A DNA stretch of 64,000 nt, from positions 11,036,001 to 11,100,000 of the forward strand of contig NC_092347.1 in NCBI RefSeq assembly GCF_963676685.1. The letters are read 5' to 3'. Position 1 is the first letter of the stretch, and each line of letters begins with the position of its first letter. This DNA comes from Mytilus edulis (Eukaryota). A program made the position numbers and the translations under genes. The notes under the pieces are model-generated. The model made no database searches and was not told the DNA's origin. It saw only the letters and a program-made list of their open reading frames with translations. Shown piece by piece: positions 56,401-64,000 of the stretch.

Positions 56401-59400
56401 TTTTGGTCTATTTTTCTTAAACTATAAGTAATAGGTCAACTATATTTGTTGTATGGAAGCTTTGTTAGCTGTACATGTCTGCCTGGCATGGTTCATCTGA
56501 CCTTGACCTCATTTTCATGGTTCATTGGTCTTTGTTTAATTAATTAGCTATCTTGGTTAATGTTAAGTTTATGCGACAGTTGTAATAAAGCTTTATACTT
56601 AGGACTATCAACATAATATCAATGATAAGTAAAGAAGGCGAGAATTTCAATTTGTGCACTCTTGTTTTTTTTTGGGAGGGGGTGTACAACAGAAGATAGA
56701 CAAAAGAGACATTAACTTTAAAAAGAAATGAAAATTGAAATATTAAAGATTTATCGATTCTATATAGGCCAATATATTAAGTAAAATGTATCATTATATT
56801 TAATAATTGAATGGCTATTATTTATTTTTGGATTTATTGCTTCGCGGATTATTCAATGTCAAAGTCAAAAAATAATTTTATGGTTTTATTGTCATTCATT
56901 ATAAATAAATTTCGATCAAAAATAAGGCTCAAAGAACTTTTTATATTATTTATTTTAACAATAACAACGTACACACATGTTGGCGTATGAATACACAACG
57001 TCAGAGTGGGCGTGTCGCCATAAAAATTGACAACATTGAAAATAAAAGTAATACTTTTAACCAATCAGAAGACAGTAAATTCACCAAATTTTTTTATTGT
57101 AGAATTAAGTTTTGTCTCTTTTTCTAAAGTAACATTCTTTCACTTGTCAACATTTGATTATAATTTCAGAAATCATAATATATTATTAACATTTTTCCGA
57201 GAAGTGGAAGTGATTATTTATAGTATAACTAATCGCCGTATTTGAATATCAAAAATAAGACAACGCGTGACCGAACGACGCATGGATTAAACGAGTGCGC
57301 AGCACGAGTTTAATCCATAGCGGCGTTCGGTCACAAGTTGAGTTTAATCCATAGCGGCGTTCGGTCACAAGTTGTCTTATTTTTGATATTCAAATACGGC
57401 GATTAGTCATTCTTTTTATTACATTGGCAAATGGCTTTTTTTTTATGAAATTAATGTAGAAAATGTAAGGAACTATATCTTTTTCCTACGCATTGACAAT
57501 TTGTTTTGATCAGACGTTATCGACGTCTTGACATCGCCTATTGTTGTATGACGTCAGAGAGTGAAATAACCACGTTTATTTCACATGTGAAATTATCGGT
57601 TTTTATTTAACTGGGAAATCAATGTAATTCATTGCAACCAATGTAATAAAACTCCTTCCCAGTCAGTTTCATAATTCAACCAATTCAGAATATTCACTGC
57701 AGTCGGGAAAATTAACTACTGTAACAGTACTGTATAGTATTACTGGCTGACTTCTTAATAACATCATGTCAACAAGTTACAAACAAATATATTATACAGA
57801 ACATAAAAAGGCTTTCATACGTTTATATGGACTTAAACATAAAATTCCATTATTCCAGGTGAGGCCTCTTTGTTAGCAAATTTAACGGCAACAATATTAA
57901 CCAATTATGACCAAGCACTCTTACCGAAATGTACCGGACGGGAGCAAGTACAATTAGAAATAAAAATGGCCGTAAGACAACTCATATTACTCGTAAGTAC
58001 ATTATACATCCTCTTAAAGTTCATAGTTGTTTCAGTATCATCGACTTTATATTCATCAAAATTAGTATTAACTGATGCACCGTTGTAATATTTGCAGAAC
58101 AAAGCAATATTAGATCTATATGGTTATTGGATGAATATTTTGGAATATTGTCCCGAGTAGAATTTTATATTGCACGAGCGCTTGCGAGTGCAATATATGT
58201 TCTACGAGGTACAATATTCCCCAATATTCATGCAATAACCCTTCTATTGTATAGCAATATAATATTTGTAAGTAAAAAATGTTTAAACTAAGAATTTGAC
58301 GTCATGAATTTTGAAGATTTATTGCATTAGAGCAATATCGTAATTTATTGCACGCTAACTTTTGGTTACTTTCTGTGGGAACTAGTGTATGCTATGCAGA
58401 AATAACCGTTTTATTTCTGTTACAAGAAAATACATTGTTAAAAATACAAAATGGACGTGTTTTCTTTATACTATTAACATCCAAGTAATAAGGCTGACAC
58501 TATTTTTAAAAATAGATACGTAAAACATTATCATGGTTAGTACTGAGACAAAGGCGGAGATAACCAGATAGAAAAGGACAAACTAGACATTGGGAAACGT
58601 GAAAAAGACCAACAACAACTCCCAAAATATAACCATAAACAGTTAAGATTGAGGAATACGAACTCATGTTATTCGAACACGAATAGAAACTTTTCCATTA
58701 TTGACATCTGTTGTTTTTCAAGTGCATTAAAACATAAAATAAATGTAGCAACAACAAACGGACTAATCAGTGGTAAAACAGGTATGTCTTCATATCTTTT
58801 TCATGACGAACTCTTCGTTTAAAAAGTAAAATCACAAAAATACCGAACTAAGAGGAAAATCAAATCGGAAAGTCCCTAATCACATGGCAAATAGACTACT
58901 TTCGAGTTCATCCGTCACCGGAAAAATCTCGTCAATTATACGCGCCTTTATGACGTCATTTACCAGATAGAGGGGGTCGCCTGTATCCCTGCACTATTTA
59001 CTTTCATCAAGCGTCTTGGTGATCGTCATTGTGCAGGATAAACTAGAAATAATGGTTGTTCTGTAGGTACTTAATGACAATTCCCTAATGACATCAATGC
59101 TGATTGTCAATTTTGAGAATTCAATTTGTCGTATAATTCGTACAATAGAATTATAGTTTTCCAACCACTCGCTCAACATTGGAATGGAAGTGACGACGCC
59201 CCTAAACGCACAAATGACGTTCACTAAAACCAGAGTTTTTGACGGAAATGCATCGAACTCGAAAGTTGTCTATTCAAATGACAAAACACATAAAAAACGA
59301 ATGGACAAGAATTGTCATATTTTTGACAATATTATAGATTCCTTGTGAGCTGATTGTTTTCGTCAAATGTATTGTGTAAGAGACATTGGCTGCATTTTTA

Positions 59401-62400
59401 ATGTTATTTGATCCCTTTTAATTATTTGTAAAAATCTAATACTATTTCAATGATACTTTGCAGGATGAACCCGAACAAATTGCGAAATTCAATATGTGGA
59501 TGCGCTTGGTAAGTCAAATGTTAGGCTTATTTGTACGTTTGTTTGATTGTTTATGTCTGTTGTGTTGTATGTCTGTAATGTATGTTTACACATCTGTGAC
59601 TGTAGTAAACCAATTATTTCCACATTAACATATAATGTCGGTTTAGCTTGCTTAAACAGTTTAGTCAATATAAGGGAACTATAAATAACTGCCATACAAG
59701 GAGAAGGTTAAGCTACGTAAAACTAGGTTACATCCACCTTTTTCTTTAATACAAGGAGAAGGTTAAGCTACGTAAAACCAGGTTACATCCACCTTTTTCT
59801 TTAATACAAGGAGAAGGTTAAGCTACGTAAAACCAGGTTACATCCTCCTTTTTCTTTAATACAAGGAGAAGGTTAAGCTACGTAAAACCAGGTTACATCC
59901 TCCTTTTTCTTTAATACAAGGAGAAGGTTAAGCTACGTAAAACCAGATTACATCCACCTTTTTCTTTAATACAAGGAGAAGGTTAAGCTACGTAAAACCA
60001 GGTTACATCCTCCTTTTTCTTTAATACAAGGAGAAGGTTAATCTACGTAAAACCAGGTTACATCCTCCTTTTTCTTTAATACAAGGAGAAGGTTAAGCTA
60101 CGTAAAACCAGGTTACATCCTCCTTTTTCTTTAATACAAGGAGAAGGTTAAGCTACGTAAAACCAGATTACATCCACCTTTTTCTTTAATACAAGGAGAA
60201 GGTTAATCTACGTAAAACCAGGTTACATCCTCCTTTTTCTTTAATACAAGGAGAAGGTTAAGCTACGTAAAACCAGGTTACATCCTCCTTTTTCTTTAAT
60301 ACAAGGAGAAGGTTAAGCTACGTAAAACCAGGTTACATCCTCCTTTTTCTTTAATACAAGGAGAAGGTTAAGCTACGTAAAACCAGGTTACATCCTCCTT
60401 TTTCTTTAATACAAGGAGAAGGTTAAGCTACGTAAAACCAGGTTACATCCACCTTTTTCTTTAATACAAGGAGAAGGTTAAGCTACGTAAAACCAGGTTA
60501 CATCCTCCTTTTTCTTTAATACAAGGAGAAGGTTAAGCTACGTAAAACCAGGTTACATCCTCCTTTTTCTTTATCAAATACCCGTACAGAAACAGGAATA
60601 TGACAGTTGTTTTTCACTCGTCGTCCTTTTAAGTTGATTAAGTTTGATTGTAGTAGTTTTATAGACTACTTGTTTTCATGCCCCATTTATGGGCATTATG
60701 TTTTTTGGTTAGTGCGTTCGTTCGTCCGTTCGTTTGTCCGTCTGTCCCGCTTCAGGTTAAAGTTTTTGGTCGAGGTAGTTGAAACTTAGTACAAATGTTC
60801 CCTAAGGTATGATTTTTCCAATTTTAATGCCAAGTTAGAGTTTTTATCCCATTTTTACGGTCCACTGAACATAGAAAATGATAGTGCGGATGGGGCATCC
60901 GTGTACTAGGGACACATTCATGTTTTAATTTACCTAGGAGTTCGTTGTCTTTGTTATAATTTTGCATGACTTTAAGCCTCATCTTGTATTTACAAAATAT
61001 AAATGCATGTGATGAACAAAACAAAGACCACTCTGAAATTAAGTTCACATAACATCTCAAAAGATTAACCCTGACAGCTATGCCTCTTTTTTAAAACTTT
61101 AATGTGGGTTATCATGATCTTATATTTCAAATATTTATCAAACATGATAGAGTAACACACACTACAGATTATAAAACTACACTTCTGAAAATACATAATT
61201 ATACTGATTTCAAGGTATTATCTAGGAACAACACAAAAGCATGTACAATGCAGATATTTAGGTTTATAACGATACGGTGACCTTGCCATTTTTCAGATAT
61301 GGACAGATTGTAGATTATACTGGAATCCTGAGGATTTTGGAAACATCACAGAAGTTGTTTTGCCTTTTGATTTGTTATGGACTCCAGATCTAACCTTATA
61401 CGAAAGGTTTGTTTACTAAGTATATACAATTAGATGCGGAGTATATGTTAATGTATCAAGTCCCAGTCACACTGTCACGTTTCAAGAGCTTCATTTTACT
61501 ATGTTTTGAAAGCGTAAAACGGGAATATACGTAACGAAGCGTATCGAAACGTAGTGATCCTTTGTTCAAAACTGGACCTGCCCCGTATGTTTTGAAAATT
61601 CAACAACAACCGTGCAAAAATTCAAACGAAGTAGAAACCTAGTAAATACGTATCAAAGCTTAGCGGAACGCAACAAAACGTGCTTACTACGTATCGAAAC
61701 GTATCAATGCGTGGTGAAATCGTGGGTCTACACGTACATGTACTAATACGTAGCAAAACGTGATAAGAACGTAGCACAAACCTAGTAAAACCTAGTTTTC
61801 AAAATAACGGGACATGTTTGTTCAAAACGTAGTTGAAACGTAGAATTTTAAAATGTAGTAAAACTTGACAGTTGCCACAGTCACACTCACGTTTCAAGAG
61901 TTACGTTTTACTACGTTCTGAAAGCGTATCGAAACGGGAATATACGTAACGAAGCGTATTGAAACGTAGTGATCCTTAAAATGTTTGTTCAAAACGGGAC
62001 TTGCCCTGTATGTTTTGAAAATTTAACAACAAACGTAAAAAATGTGCCAACTACGTATCGAAAGGTATCAATGCGTGGTGGAAACGTGGTTCTACACGTT
62101 CTTATACGTAGCAAAACGTGGTAAGAATGTAGCACAAACCTAGCTTTCAAAATAACGGGACATTTTTATTCAAAACTTGGTTGAAATGTAGCATTTTAAA
62201 CCGTAGTAGAACGTGACAGTGCGACTGGGGCTTTAACAACCTGACTTAAAACAAAACCAGACAACGGGAAGTCAACGTACGGCCTTAACCAAATGACACA
62301 TTTCATTGATTGTCATTTTTCTTGTTTTTACGATCAAAAGACGTAAAAGAACATCCGTCTATTGTTGGTTACTGTCTTTTGCCTCTAGATATATATACAG

Positions 62401-64000
62401 GTATTGGTTTCTTTTGTCGTTAGAATACTGTCTCATTGACGTATACATACCTCATATTTTCTTTTGTGTGTCTTTAAATTACTTTCTACTCTTTTTAAAA
62501 ATGAAGTGTGCTTTTAAAACAATTTACATGCATCAATCTGACTTTAAAAAGACAGTGAAAGCCAATGGTATGTAACATGCAATTGTTTCATCATAAATTT
62601 CAGTTTCCATGAAAACTATTTCGCGGTCAAACCTTACAGTCCACGATCCACATACTTTGTAATATTAGTTTTCTATTTTTATTTGATTTGGTTTGATTTG
62701 TTTTGTTATTGTTTTTGTTTGTTTACTCGTTGTGTTTTTGTTTGTTAAATGTCACTGCTAGAAGACGAAGCATGTTTCTGTGTTAACAGTTTACATTTTA
62801 TTTTACAGTGTAGCTGAAGAGTTTTATGGCTTTAAAGACTACAGACCTAGAGTAATGTTTGACGGAACAGTATATTATAATTTTCCCACTTTAGTAGAAT
62901 CCGTGTGTCAAGTTGATGCTCTGAAGTTTCCATATGACACTCAAATATGTCTATTAACTTTCGGATCCTGGGTGTTTTCAGGATCGGATCTAGATGTATT
63001 TTCGAGTAAAAAGTTTGCCGATGTTTCGTCTATAAAAGACCACGTGGAATGGGTTGTTGAAAGTGTTCCAATCGTAAGACATGTAGTTTTCTACCCGGAG
63101 CCATATCCTGACGTGACTTTTTACGTTCACATCAGACGAAAGCCAGCGTCATACGTCACTAATATCATAATACCATCACTTTTGATCACTCTCATATCGG
63201 CGCTTGGATTTTTACTTCCGGTTGAATCGGGAGAGAAAGTTGGGCTACAACTGACAGTTATGCTGGCAATATTTGTATTCCAAGTACTTGTAGCAGACCA
63301 ATTACCACCTTCTGCAGATTCTACGCCATGGATATGTAAGAATGCGTAAACTTTTTTTATATACATTTAGATGACGAGACTAAAAAAAGTGTGTATAATG
63401 GGCAAAGTTAAGCTTTGTAGAGCCCAGTATAGTATTTCTGTTTTCGCGACTGCTTCAAAATTATCTTTAACATTTATAGGTGTTTAGCAATTTATTAAAA
63501 CAAGGAAGCGATGTGTCAAATATGTGCAATAATTATAATTTATTTATATCAGCAAATTGCTTTTCATTTTTTCACATTTTTTAATGTTTACTAAGATCCT
63601 ACTTTGAAATGATGAAAATATACAAGCTATATTCTAGAACAGATTTTTTTTCTGGAACATGCTAACCTCTTTTTATAGGTTTGTGAATTAAATTACCATA
63701 TTTCGAATAAATCACAACAAACAAACAGGATCAATTATGTTGTGACATGTGTGGTTACGAGTGCGATCTCTTACCGAACTCTGTTGGTTCAAATATTACG
63801 ATTTGTATTTCAGCTGTCTTCCTGAGTTTCACTCTAATATTATGTGGAGTGGCAAGTCTTCTGCAAGTTCTGGTTATAAGCGTACATTTCCAAGATAAGG
63901 ATATGCCCAACTGGACGAAAAGATATATTCTTTACCCTCTTGCTCTTGTGTCAGGTGTCCAAACTCAAGGTTTACAACGTACTTGTTCTCAAGATGGTCA
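53429..64000 (+). CDS. nAChR non-alpha subunit (loop-C Cys-Cys deleted), cluster gene 5; truncated by the window edge
   Basis: Exons 53429-53492 (MFIKQNLASIAILAFIFLLKI), possible 54753-54842, 57859-57992 (YDQALLPKC), 59464-59508, 61297-61406 (WTDC..WTPDLTLYES), 62809-63335 (527 nt; CQVDALKFPYDTQIC; loop C VVFYPEPY; GEKVGLQLT), 63814->64000 (TM3/MX). Confidence 0.92.
54753..54842 (+). CDS. Candidate extra phase 1-1 exon of gene 5 (polar N-terminal extension DLTDQKLLNKEKNDRASKSDDSSTNTANIN)
   Basis: Acceptor AATTTTAG, donor G|GTACTG, 90 nt, open in the phase required between exon 1 and the 57859 exon. Same position as the extension exon of gene 4. Confidence 0.55.
55625..56665 (+). mobile_element. 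Helentron-associated (HINE-like) element with internal ~146-bp tandem array
   Basis: (GGC)n microsatellite after GGGATAGTGATCC, about six units carrying TGACCTTGACCTCATTTTCATGGTTCAG-like sequence, 3' end GTGCACTCTTG followed by a T-run. Confidence 0.7.
57228..57407. repeat. Long foldback palindrome with a 33-bp internal duplication
   Basis: Left arm ACTAATCGCCGTATTTGAATATCAAAAATAAGACAAC, centre ACGAGTGCGCAGCACGAGT, then a reverse-complement arm. Similar foldbacks at 45535-45623, 55126-55264 and 58122-58240. Confidence 0.85.
58890..59274. mobile_element. MITE with 19-bp imperfect TIR, nested in another interspersed repeat
   Basis: AATAGACTACTTTCGAGTT ... AACTCGAAAGTTGTCTATT. It interrupts the AAAAGTAAAATCACAAAAATAC..CACATGGCAA|TCAAATGAC repeat also seen at ~22200 and ~38000. 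Confidence 0.7.
59695..60573. repeat. 55-bp tandem repeat, 16 near-identical copies, in a gene 5 intron
   Basis: Unit TACAAGGAGAAGGTTAAGCTACGTAAAACCAGGTTACATCCTCCTTTTTCTTTAA starts at 59695, 59750 ... 60520. Confidence 0.97.
60673..60925 (+). mobile_element. Short HINE-like element
   Basis: TTTTCATGCCCCA subterminal repeat matches TGGGGCAT near the 3' end; (CGTT/CGTC)n microsatellite; 3' GTGT..ACAC hairpin and T-run. Confidence 0.6.
61459..62233. mobile_element. Tandem dimer of a ~400-bp MITE (Harbinger-like TIR)
   Basis: CCCAGTCACACTGTCACGTT ... AACGTGACAGTGCGACTGGGG. The unit restarts at ~61880 (GTCACACTCACGTTTCAAGAG) and is rich in ACGTA motifs. Confidence 0.65.

Noticed and set aside
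59695-60573. CRISPR-like array
   Set aside because: Contiguous identical units with no unique spacers; eukaryotic intron; no cas genes.

Overview
AT-rich, intron-containing animal genomic DNA. The repeat content suggests a bivalve, probably a Mytilus-type mussel (inferred, not verified). The window holds a tandem cluster of five pentameric ligand-gated ion channel (nicotinic acetylcholine receptor, alpha9/alpha10-like) subunit genes, which I reconstructed exon by exon from GT-AG sites and shared exon sizes (134-143 / 45 / 110 / 536 / 188-191 nt). Genes 1-3 lie in tandem on +. Gene 4 is on -. Gene 5 is on + and runs off the window. All five share an extra extracellular Cys pair (PxC ... WxDC) and a cation-type GEK pore; the four complete genes (1-4) also have a very short TM3-TM4 loop. 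Genes 4 and 5 form a distinct sub-clade arranged head-to-head with only 256 bp between start codons. Gene 4 is an alpha subunit with a 71-aa Ser/Thr-rich (mucin-like) N-terminal stalk exon. Gene 5 has lost the loop-C vicinal cysteines by a clean 9-nt deletion. Together they look like a co-regulated alpha/non-alpha receptor module. Upstream of gene 3 exon 2 sits a 787-bp cassette with a 13-bp target-site duplication, TGATG...CATCA ends and one intact 224-aa ORF of unknown function. Introns are rich in mobile DNA: Naiad-type Penelope-like fragments, hammerhead-ribozyme retrozyme copies, nested Helitrons, HINE-like elements, TTAA MITEs, tRNA-derived SINEs, an RNase H LINE fragment, foldback palindromes and a 55-bp satellite.
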